Of a stretch of DNA of 64,000 bases, positions 17,021 through 24,858 are shown in pieces. This stretch comes from Patescibacteria group bacterium. GTDB taxonomy: Bacteria > Patescibacteriota > Saccharimonadia > Saccharimonadales > 2-12-FULL-41-12. Numbering within the stretch: the stretch's first letter is position 1; every line of letters begins with the position of its first letter. The stretch lies in assembly GCA_038064875.1 (NCBI GenBank), contig JBBTSC010000001.1:635004-699003 (forward strand), given 5' to 3'. Both the position numbers and the translations under genes were made by a program. The notes beneath the pieces were generated by a model that worked only from the letters and a program-made list of their open reading frames with translations, was not told the origin of the DNA and did not search any database.

Positions 17021-17954
17021 CTAATCTTTGAGAGGTCTTGTAGTTTTCTCTTGCCAGATCTCGAAATACTTTCCTAAAAGCTCCAAATCCCCTTGTGGCG
17101 AAAACCCCAGATAACTTTTTGAATGTTGTCCCCTCCGTTGCATATTTACTTGGAGCCTCCGGAAGCCTATCAAAGAATGCCTGGACTAATCTGATCGTCT
17201 CATCCGGGGAGATATTCTTACCGGCTGATCTCATTAAGAATTCATTGAACTCTTTTAGTTGTTGATTGGTCTGAGGAGTGGTGCCAGCTTCAATAAACAC
17301 TGGGGTGCAGTCTATTAATTCTGCAACTTGCCCGGTATCGTTTGCCTCAAGTGCACCTAGTAGCTCATCCCTGCCCTCAAGAGCTAAATATGCATATTGT
17401 GGCACAGATATGCTACCGACTACCTTGCCGTGTCTTAGCCAGAAAGGCTTAACATAACTTGGTCTGAAATAGTTAGCTGATTTTGCGATCAGATCGTACT
17501 TCTTACATGACATGGTCACATGATCTATTCGGGGGTCTATCGTCTCTTCGTGACCTAAGATTAGCGCCCCAATAGGCAAATCTGTCTTTTGAGCTATTGT
17601 ATATCCCGGTTGATCTGGACTAGCAAAATAGACGTTAGATGATTCACCTCTAGCGACGCAAATCGTATGTCCATCAAATTGTCCTATGCTTGTGTCAAAT
17701 CCTTGCTGCCTAAGAATGCTTGAAGTATGAAATGCCATTACGGAACAATCGCCTTCTAATTTTTCTTTTTCTGGGTCATGACCTTCAGGCACAAATGGGT
17801 CCCTAGCGCCGATGGTAAATTTTATTCTCTCATTTACACCAGCAACTACTGCCTGCACAATAGACAATTCAGAATTAAACTCCGGATTCACAGGTATGTC
17901 TAATCTGTGTGTGCCCAAATTCTCAACATGGTTTCCAATAGCCTCTCTACTCAT
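17010..17954 (-). CDS. Hypothetical protein
   Basis: The track ORF runs to 18200 but its first 82 codons overlap the divergent protease gene. I prefer ATG 17954 (MSREAIGNHVENLG...). I recognise no motif. Confidence 0.5.
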   Translation of the reverse strand: MSREAIGNHVENLGTHRLDIPVNPEFNSELSIVQAVVAGVNERIKFTIGARDPFVPEGHDPEKEKLEGDCSVMAFHTSSILRQQGFDTSIGQFDGHTICVARGESSNVYFASPDQPGYTIAQKTDLPIGALILGHEETIDPRIDHVTMSCKKYDLIAKSANYFRPSYVKPFWLRHGKVVGSISVPQYAYLALEGRDELLGALEANDTGQVAELIDCTPVFIEAGTTPQTNQQLKEFNEFLMRSAGKNISPDETIRLVQAFFDRLPEAPSKYATEGTTFKKLSGVFATRGFGAFRKVFRDLARENYKTSQRLATS

Positions 17955-18051
17955 TTGAATATTATAAAATGAAATATAAATAAAGTCTATGATATCGCAA
18001 ATAACTTCTTCTGTTACAATGAGCTTAAGCATTTTGAGGATGGGTAAGTAG

Positions 18052-20064
18052 ATGAAAGATAAATACCAACACAAAAAGTACGCCAAGAAGTATCGCCGGC
18101 GACATTTGTTGAGCTTGGCCATTTTGACTATAGCTACCTGTGCTTCTATCTTTTTCTTAGGCTCAAGTTTTTCTAAAAACGTTTTAGTTATAGACGACAA
18201 AAGCTCTGTAGATATCTCAGCAGATCACTCTGTAAGAATAGACTCAAGCGCTGGGTTCAGCTTTGACATACCTGCCAACAGCTACCAGGTTCTCGCTACC
18301 AAAAAACCTGGTGACCCGTTGCTTGCAACAATTTCGTACAGTGGTGAATACAGCAAAGTACAACTTAAGACGAACAGCCCTGTCGTCTCAGAAGGTTCGT
18401 CCTTTGCTAAATTCAGTGTTGAGAAAAAAACCAGAAAAGACTATGACGTCGTCGCAAAGAAAAAGTCTGAAGAAGATGCGCTGAAAGAGACTGCTAATTT
18501 TTCTGTCAATGGTTTTACTGTCGAACTAACCAAATCTGAAAAGACTAAGCTCAACAATGAAGACTTTCAAGTCTTTGAATACGCACTCATCCCCAATCAA
18601 CCCGGCGCCGACAAAGTATACACAAAAAAATGGCTTAAATTGACTGACAGTGCACTGTACGTTGTGGTGGCAGAAGATCTACATGAATTGGCAGAGGCCA
18701 ATATCAAGTTTGCACTTCCTCTAAAGACTTTGCAGGTGGGCGACCAAATCAAATTACAAAAACTCTCAGGATCAATTTTTTCTAAAGGCACTAGTAAAAA
18801 GAATCAAGAAGCTACGAGTGACGAGATCTCTCCAAGTGTTGTTAAGATCTATCATTTTGTATGTGGTGAATTAATACTTGATGGACAAACTCTGACGAAT
18901 GATACCTGTGATGGCAATGTCGGGAGTGGGTTCTTTGTTAGTAGCGACGGCAAAGTCGCCACAAACGGTCACGTTGTTACTCTAACCCCAGCAGACTTCT
19001 TAATAAATATAGTTAGTGCTAGCCCAGAGAACACCAGACAGTTACTAAAATTCATGGGTGTTCCTGAAGACTACATAACCTCTGCAAATCAGGAAGCCCT
19101 GGCGACTTCTCTAATGAGCAAGCTCTATAATTTGCCAGAAGATCGTCTGCGCATAAATAATTATAGAGAACTCACTGTCCTGGCACTTGGTTCAGAGCCA
19201 CTTCAGTTCTCCAGTGTACAAGACGTTAAAAAACTTATGGACTTTAAGAATAGTACTGGCCTAGTGAAGGCAGAACTACTTGCCCGAAATTACTCAGCTA
19301 AAGACATCGCGAGCTTAAATCAACAGAACAGCTCTGGCTTTTCTGCCAGTGATGTAGCTCTGCTTCAGGTAGACGCTGGCCGTACCCCTTATATTGAATT
19401 TGCTAATAATGACCAGACAGATGTAAATAGCAAGATAACCGTCATTGGTTTCCCTAGCGATGCTGAAAATCAGCTGACCGAAAATGACTCTATATCGCCA
19501 ACCGTTACTACAGGGACAATTAGCGCAAAACGTAGCGCCAATGGTAGTGCGGGTATACTTTTTCAATCAGATGTTGATGCATCTGCGGGAAATTCGGGTG
19601 GCCCGGCCATAAATCAGTACGGGCAAGCTGTGGGAATTCTGACATACAGATATAAAGACGAGACAACTTCAAACGCCGCCAAGAGCTATATCAGGGATAT
19701 CAATGACATAAACGACCTTGCAAAAACCAGAGATATTAAACTGGGTGGCGATAACGTAACTAGTTTGAGTTGGAGAAAAGGCTTGTCGAATTATCATGAT
19801 AGTCACTTCTCAGCGTCACTAAGAGATTTTGCATATGTCCAGCAGTTGTATCCAGCCCATCGTCTGGTAAATGACTATGCATCAAAAGCCAGCCAAGCCA
19901 TTAGAGAAGGCAAAGACAGACCAGTTATAAATGTTAAGGTTGTTGCCCTAGCTCTTAGTGCGCTCTTAGGCATTGTAGGGATAGCTGTCGTGGCAGTCGC
20001 AATTCATAGGCACCGGCTTGGGCACCACATACATAAATCACTAAAATCTCCTCAGACAAACTAG
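18052..20064 (+). CDS. Membrane-anchored trypsin-like (S1 family) serine protease
   Basis: Catalytic-Ser motif GNSGGPAINQYGQAVGI, with upstream His (TNGHVV) and Asp (DVALLQVD) contexts. An N-terminal TM (LLSLAILTIATCASIFFLG) and a C-terminal TM (VVALALSALLGIVGIAVVAVAI) are present. Confidence 0.8.
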   Translation: MKDKYQHKKYAKKYRRRHLLSLAILTIATCASIFFLGSSFSKNVLVIDDKSSVDISADHSVRIDSSAGFSFDIPANSYQVLATKKPGDPLLATISYSGEYSKVQLKTNSPVVSEGSSFAKFSVEKKTRKDYDVVAKKKSEEDALKETANFSVNGFTVELTKSEKTKLNNEDFQVFEYALIPNQPGADKVYTKKWLKLTDSALYVVVAEDLHELAEANIKFALPLKTLQVGDQIKLQKLSGSIFSKGTSKKNQEATSDEISPSVVKIYHFVCGELILDGQTLTNDTCDGNVGSGFFVSSDGKVATNGHVVTLTPADFLINIVSASPENTRQLLKFMGVPEDYITSANQEALATSLMSKLYNLPEDRLRINNYRELTVLALGSEPLQFSSVQDVKKLMDFKNSTGLVKAELLARNYSAKDIASLNQQNSSGFSASDVALLQVDAGRTPYIEFANNDQTDVNSKITVIGFPSDAENQLTENDSISPTVTTGTISAKRSANGSAGILFQSDVDASAGNSGGPAINQYGQAVGILTYRYKDETTSNAAKSYIRDINDINDLAKTRDIKLGGDNVTSLSWRKGLSNYHDSHFSASLRDFAYVQQLYPAHRLVNDYASKASQAIREGKDRPVINVKVVALALSALLGIVGIAVVAVAIHRHRLGHHIHKSLKSPQTN

Positions 20065-20100
20065 AAAATATCTCCAAAAACAGATATAATAAGCCAAATT

Positions 20101-20191
<91 letters not shown>

Positions 20192-20200
20192 TATGTACAA

Positions 20201-20223
20201 CCCGATCCTTGTGATCGGGTTTT
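20201..20223 (+). terminator. Rho-independent terminator after tRNA-Ser(UGA)
   Basis: CCCGATC, loop cttgt, GATCGGG, followed by TTTT. Confidence 0.7.
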
Positions 20224-20367
20224 CATACTGCTGAATTGGTGTGAATTTGAACCCACGGGTGATGGCTTTAGCCAGCACGAACCGTGGTGTTCGGTGAAGA
20301 CTTGCAAAGAAAAGAAAGCACCGAAGGTATTTTCTTTTCGGGCAAGTCGGAGAAGGGCTTGTCCGCT

Positions 20368-20385
20368 ATCCCACCCTCTCCGCCA
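20368..20385 (+). repeat. 18-nt exact direct repeat of the tRNA-Ser(UGA) 3' end (att-like)
   Basis: ATCCCACCCTCTCCGCCA occurs at 20173..20190 (tRNA 3' end) and again at 20368..20385. Confidence 0.9.
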
Positions 20386-20393
20386 TGAAAATA

Positions 20394-20416
20394 GTCGAGC
20401 TATGCTCGGCTTTTTT
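20394..20416 (+). terminator. Rho-independent terminator after the repeated tRNA 3' end
   Basis: GTCGAGC, loop tat, GCTCGGC, followed by TTTTTT. Confidence 0.65.
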
Positions 20417-20476
20417 CATGCTTGGTGTAGATTTGACCGCATGAGAATTGCCCCGGCCCAATGCTAAAATAAGGGT

Positions 20477-20995
20477 ATGAGTAATTCTGTCGATCAAAAA
20501 TCCGAACTTAGAAAGCAATTTCTGACAATGCGCAGGCAAATGGAAGCTGGGGATATGGAACTTCGTTCAGAAAAATTAAATAAAATCCTCAGTAACGAAA
20601 TTGATTGGTCAGAAATAAAGAAGGTCCACTGCTTTTTGCCAATAGTGGATGACAATGAGCCTGATCTACGGTCATTGATTACTTCCCTTGTTAAGCAAGG
20701 AGTACAAATATATACAAGTAATCCTCCTGCAAAGAGCGTTGCAACTCCAGTGAATACAAAACTAGAAAATTTCAGCTTAGATCAAGCCACAGAATTTGAT
20801 CTGATAGTTGTGCCAATGATTGTATACGATCCTGCTACAAACCATCGTCTGGGATTTGGCGGTGGATTTTATGATAGATTACTAAAAAGCCAACCAGGAG
20901 CCCAAAAAATAGGGGTATGTTTTAAAGAATTTAGAATTGACAACCTACCGATAGAATCACATGACCAACCTTTGCAAAAAATATTTGCGGTGTAG
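20477..20995 (+). CDS. 5-formyltetrahydrofolate cyclo-ligase
   Basis: About 170 aa with the C-terminal signature GFGGGFYDRLL. Confidence 0.8.
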   Translation: MSNSVDQKSELRKQFLTMRRQMEAGDMELRSEKLNKILSNEIDWSEIKKVHCFLPIVDDNEPDLRSLITSLVKQGVQIYTSNPPAKSVATPVNTKLENFSLDQATEFDLIVVPMIVYDPATNHRLGFGGGFYDRLLKSQPGAQKIGVCFKEFRIDNLPIESHDQPLQKIFAV

Positions 20996-21004
20996 AATGT
21001 AAAT

Positions 21005-21397
21005 ATGAAGGATTCAATCTTCACCAAAATTATCAAGGGAGAAATCCCGGCACACAAGATTTATGAAGACGATAAAACTTTGGCATTTCTCGACATACAT
21101 CCAGTCAGTCTTGGACACACTTTAGTAATTCCAAAGAAGCAAATAGACCATCTGTGGGATCTAGATGACGAGGATTACCAAGCAGTTATGACATCGTCAA
21201 AAAAAGTCGCTAACCATATCAAAAACATTTTAAATGTTGAGAGAGTTGGCGTAAAAGTTGTTGGGGTTGATGTACCACATGCTCATGTCCATCTGATACC
21301 TTTTGATCAAACTAGTCAATTTAATTCTCCTCAAGACCTAGATTCAGAGCCAGATCACGAGGCCTTAGCTATTTTAGCTAAGAAACTGGCTTTTTAG
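21005..21397 (+). CDS. HIT family (histidine triad) nucleotide hydrolase
   Basis: SIFTKIIKGEIPAHKIYEDDKTLAFLDIHP and the histidine triad HAHVHLIP. Confidence 0.9.
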   Translation: MKDSIFTKIIKGEIPAHKIYEDDKTLAFLDIHPVSLGHTLVIPKKQIDHLWDLDDEDYQAVMTSSKKVANHIKNILNVERVGVKVVGVDVPHAHVHLIPFDQTSQFNSPQDLDSEPDHEALAILAKKLAF

Positions 21398-22373
21398 ATT
21401 TTCTGAGTATTACCCAAGAAACTATTCCTGCCAGTCCTAATATAGTTGCAAAAGCATATTGAATATACGCCAATTTAGAGACAAAACCATATCCAAGTGG
21501 CAATAAGATATCCTTGCCGAACTGATTTTGCCCAAGGAGTGAGTTGCTTGGATTCTTGCTATAGAGCAACAAGGTCACTGTTGCAAGAACGACTAAGGCG
21601 ATCGCGTTTTTTAAAGACGTAGAATAAATAGCTCGTAGCTTTCTATTTCTATGGCGATATAAGAATCCACCTAGCACTAAAATGAATATTATTAAGTTGG
21701 TCCAGAAGACTTTCTGAGCCAGCTTGAAGTATGTCTTGTATGCTTGCGCTTTTGTGAGAGCCTGCCCAATACCTGTATCTGCTAGATTTATCCTGTCTTT
21801 TGAAAGTGGCGTGTCACTCCTGTTTAACTGTTCTCTAAGCTGATTTGTCAGATTCTCAACACTGGTTCCTTGAGGTAGGCACGGCGTGTTGAGAATATTA
21901 TAGTCGTTGCCCACAGAACGCATTTGTGCCAGGCTACATTGAGGGAGCCCAGCCGTTCGTTCTTGAGTATATGCGACCAATTGATTCACAATTTTAACTT
22001 TACTCTCAGTATAGTCGATAACCCCATCTAGCCTGCCATTGGGGCTATTCAGCCATCCATAGACACCATCTATAAGTACTTCAACATATCTTTGAGAGCT
22101 CTCTGGGCTGATTGAATTCTTAAAAATTTGCGCAATTCTTGGGTCTTGCAGAGGCAAATCAGTCGGTTGATTCTTTTTTATCTCAGATATTGTCTGATCA
22201 ACGATTGCTCCAACAAGTTTGTCGTATACCCCCGTACCTTGGATAATTGTTTTTACTTGATCTGGCTGAGTAATGACAAATTGAAAATAATACGTAATAG
22301 GCAACAGAATGATTAGAAAGGCTATTAGCCAATTGAGCAACCAGTCCCCTATCTTGATTAGTATACTTGGCAT
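21378..22373 (-). CDS. Hypothetical membrane protein
   Basis: N-terminal TM (WLLNWLIAFLIILLPITYYF), a ~190-aa extracytoplasmic region, and three C-terminal TMs. I prefer ATG 22373 (MPSILIK...) over the track start 22433. Confidence 0.55.
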   Translation of the reverse strand: MPSILIKIGDWLLNWLIAFLIILLPITYYFQFVITQPDQVKTIIQGTGVYDKLVGAIVDQTISEIKKNQPTDLPLQDPRIAQIFKNSISPESSQRYVEVLIDGVYGWLNSPNGRLDGVIDYTESKVKIVNQLVAYTQERTAGLPQCSLAQMRSVGNDYNILNTPCLPQGTSVENLTNQLREQLNRSDTPLSKDRINLADTGIGQALTKAQAYKTYFKLAQKVFWTNLIIFILVLGGFLYRHRNRKLRAIYSTSLKNAIALVVLATVTLLLYSKNPSNSLLGQNQFGKDILLPLGYGFVSKLAYIQYAFATILGLAGIVSWVILRKSKKPVS

Positions 22374-22395
22374 GTTTTTAGTATATACTAGACAT

Positions 22396-22584
22396 ATGTT
22401 TAGCGGACCAATAATTGGACTCATTGCTGCCATCTCAGCCTCAACATGGATTTATACATGGTCCATGCGCCGAACCGGCAATAACACACAAAATGCCGGG
22501 ATTATTTCAGCAATAGCTGGGATCATCGTTTTCTTCATGGTTTGGTCTATCATCGCGTTAATTGACGCCACCCTAGGCGACTAG
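22396..22584 (+). CDS. Possible small two-TM membrane protein
   Basis: MFSGPIIGLIAAISASTWIY...GIISAIAGIIVFFMVWSIIALI. The start is uncertain (track start 22309). It is divergent from the preceding gene. Confidence 0.35.
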   Translation: MFSGPIIGLIAAISASTWIYTWSMRRTGNNTQNAGIISAIAGIIVFFMVWSIIALIDATLGD

Positions 22585-22632
22585 CCACTTACGGCTAGAA
22601 TATTTCCATTTTAGCGGAGAAATTGTTATTAT

Positions 22633-23484
22633 ATGGCTATGAATGAAGTGGGGCTGGGCGAAGCGTTGCAACAAGCACGTAAAAATAAAGGTTTGACCCA
22701 GCAACAGCTGTGTCAGGTCACTGGTCTTAGTTATTCCACTCTTGCAAAAATTGAGCGTGGAGCTATCAAATCACCGTCAGTATTTACCGTCGCCCAGATC
22801 ACAAGCGCCCTTGGGATCAGCATAGACGAAGTTGTCGGTTCAGTCCCCTCTAAGACTCTGACGAACCAGAGAAAGACTGCAAAAAATGGCGTAAAGTTCG
22901 TTTACTTTGACATAAACGGTTGCTTGGTTCGATTTTATTACCGAGCATTTACTCAAGTTGCACTTGATTCAGGTGCTTCACCAGAACAAGTAGAAGAGAT
23001 ATTCTGGCGCTACAACTCAGAAGTGTGTTCTGGCAACTTAGAACTCGAGCAGTTCAATAAGAAGATAGCAGAAAAGATCAATTTACCAGGCTTCAAGTGG
23101 CAAGAATACTACCTAAAGGCAGTTTCCCCTATAAAAGAAACAGCCGAAGTTATTGCTTGGGCAACACAGTACTACGGTCTAGGAATATTAACTAACATCA
23201 TGCCAGGTCAAATAGACGACGTTATCAAAGCAGGACTCATACCAGACATTCAGTACGATCAGATAATTGATTCTTCAAAGGTAGGGCTGATAAAGCCAGA
23301 TCCAGCAATTTACGAACTTGCCACAAAGCGAGCAGGAGTTAGTCCTGAAGAAATACTGTTTGTTGACGACGAGAGAGCTAACTTAACAGAAGCCAGCAAA
23401 CAAGGTTGGCACACACTTTGGTTTGATGCTTTTGACACAGAAAAATCCGCACAGAAAACCCGCGACGCTCTCGCTTTTAATTAA
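22633..23484 (+). CDS. XRE-type helix-turn-helix domain fused to a HAD-superfamily hydrolase domain
   Basis: The N-terminal HTH is LGEALQQARKNKGLTQQQLCQVTGLSYSTLAKIERG. The C-terminal HAD motifs are FVYFDINGCLV (motif I, DxN variant) and LFVDDERANL (motif IV). Confidence 0.7.
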   Translation: MAMNEVGLGEALQQARKNKGLTQQQLCQVTGLSYSTLAKIERGAIKSPSVFTVAQITSALGISIDEVVGSVPSKTLTNQRKTAKNGVKFVYFDINGCLVRFYYRAFTQVALDSGASPEQVEEIFWRYNSEVCSGNLELEQFNKKIAEKINLPGFKWQEYYLKAVSPIKETAEVIAWATQYYGLGILTNIMPGQIDDVIKAGLIPDIQYDQIIDSSKVGLIKPDPAIYELATKRAGVSPEEILFVDDERANLTEASKQGWHTLWFDAFDTEKSAQKTRDALAFN

Positions 23485-24858
23485 CTAAGCTTTCTCAATA
23501 GCGATAGATAATTCTTTTACAATATTTCCTATATCTGCTGCGCCCGCCTTTGCTTCGCCCCAGATCCTGACAACAGGCTCAGTCCCTGAAGTTCTAACAA
23601 CTACCCGCCCAGAGTCTCCGAGCTGATCTTTGATTTCGCTAATTTTAGCTTGAATCTGCTCATTTTCCTCGATCTTTGGAGCGTTAGGATCAATACGAAC
23701 AGCAACTTTCGCCTCTGGCCACAGGGCTAGATTTCTATAAATATCCGAAAAGGTCTTTCCGCTTTTAGCGACATATGATGCAAACCAGGCGGCCATTCGT
23801 ACTCCATCACCGCTAGATAGCCAGTTCGTATCAACATGATGTCCAGTAAATTCTCCACCTCGCGTCCAGTTATCGCCTTTAGCTTGTCGAGCTACAAGCC
23901 CTGCGGTCACTGCTGTATCTCCGTTTTTACATTGCTCAAATTGAATTCCTCGTGCGCGCAAAGCCTCAACCAAGCCAGTGTTTGTGTAAAGAGTTCCCAC
24001 TATACCAGGCTGACCTTGAGCGAGCGCATAAAGTACATGGTTACCGGTGATTTCACTCATCAAATTTCCGTCAAAACCGACGCCCATCATACGATCACCA
24101 TCTCCATCATTTGCAATTGCACCTACAAAGTTAGGATCAGCTGTTATCTCAAGGTGACTTTTCAAATAATCTTTCACGCCCTCTAGATTAGCAGCACCAC
24201 AGTTTTCGTTAATATTGCCAGCCCCATCACATGCGAATTCATGTACCACAGCACCAAGTTCTCGCAGTATCTCAGGAGTAAATTTCATAGTTGCTCCATT
24301 AGCCCCATCAACAACAAAAACCTTGTCTTTTAGTGGTTTTATGCCAAATTCTTGTTCGATACTTTGCACAACTTGGGTGATGTACCAATCTGCAAGCTCT
24401 GGTTTTTCCACTACTGTTCCAGAACCATTTTTGGTAATTGTCTTGTCAAGGTTCTGCCAATAGATATTGCTAATATTTCCAGCTTCTTCGTTGGTGATTT
24501 TGTCTCCAGAGATTGCAGCTTTCCAGCCATTGTCTGTGTATGGATTATGACTTGCAGTGATCATAACTGCCAAGGCTTTGAACTGTCCCGCAATTTTAAA
24601 AGTTGCTGGCGTAGGAATTACGCCCAAGTCCCAAACTTCTATCCCTGCATCTACTCCAGCCTGCACCACCGCCTTTGCTAGTATCGAGCCCGATGGACGA
24701 CTGTCTCGTCCAACAACCATGACTTTATATTGGCTCGCGTATTGGATTAGCGCCTGGGTAAGGCCATATAGAGTCTCGCTGTTGAGTAGTACTGACCCAG
24801 CTTTTTCAGTGTATTCTCCACGAAATCCATCAGTGCCGAAGAGAGATTTTTGACCCAT
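23485..24858 (-). CDS. glmM: Phosphoglucosamine mutase / phosphohexomutase
   Basis: Active-site loop TASHNPYTDNGWK, metal-binding DGDGDR and sugar-binding GEFTGH. The start overlaps the valS stop (TAATG). Confidence 0.88.
   Translation of the reverse strand: MGQKSLFGTDGFRGEYTEKAGSVLLNSETLYGLTQALIQYASQYKVMVVGRDSRPSGSILAKAVVQAGVDAGIEVWDLGVIPTPATFKIAGQFKALAVMITASHNPYTDNGWKAAISGDKITNEEAGNISNIYWQNLDKTITKNGSGTVVEKPELADWYITQVVQSIEQEFGIKPLKDKVFVVDGANGATMKFTPEILRELGAVVHEFACDGAGNINENCGAANLEGVKDYLKSHLEITADPNFVGAIANDGDGDRMMGVGFDGNLMSEITGNHVLYALAQGQPGIVGTLYTNTGLVEALRARGIQFEQCKNGDTAVTAGLVARQAKGDNWTRGGEFTGHHVDTNWLSSGDGVRMAAWFASYVAKSGKTFSDIYRNLALWPEAKVAVRIDPNAPKIEENEQIQAKISEIKDQLGDSGRVVVRTSGTEPVVRIWGEAKAGAADIGNIVKELSIAIEKA

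Larger units (their letters stand above)
20224..20416 (+). ncRNA. Candidate structured RNA / integration scar ending in a copy of the tRNA-Ser 3' end
   Basis: Nested stems are CCACGG/CCGTGG (20253..20287, with inner TGGC-TTTA-GCCA), and GACTTGC/GCAAGTC enclosing GAAAAGAAA/TTTCTTTTC (20299..20348). TTCGGTG (20290..20296) can pair with the loop CACCGAA (20319..20325). The element ends with the 18-nt tRNA repeat and its own terminator. Confidence 0.3.

Noticed and set aside
20224-20416. The idea that the structured region ending in ...CCCTCTCCGCCA is a tmRNA.
   Set aside because: There is no 5' GGGG acceptor partner with a G:U alanine identity pair and no T-arm (GGTTCGA) in the second copy. There is no tag-peptide reading frame ending in ALAA-like residues, and the region is far too short.
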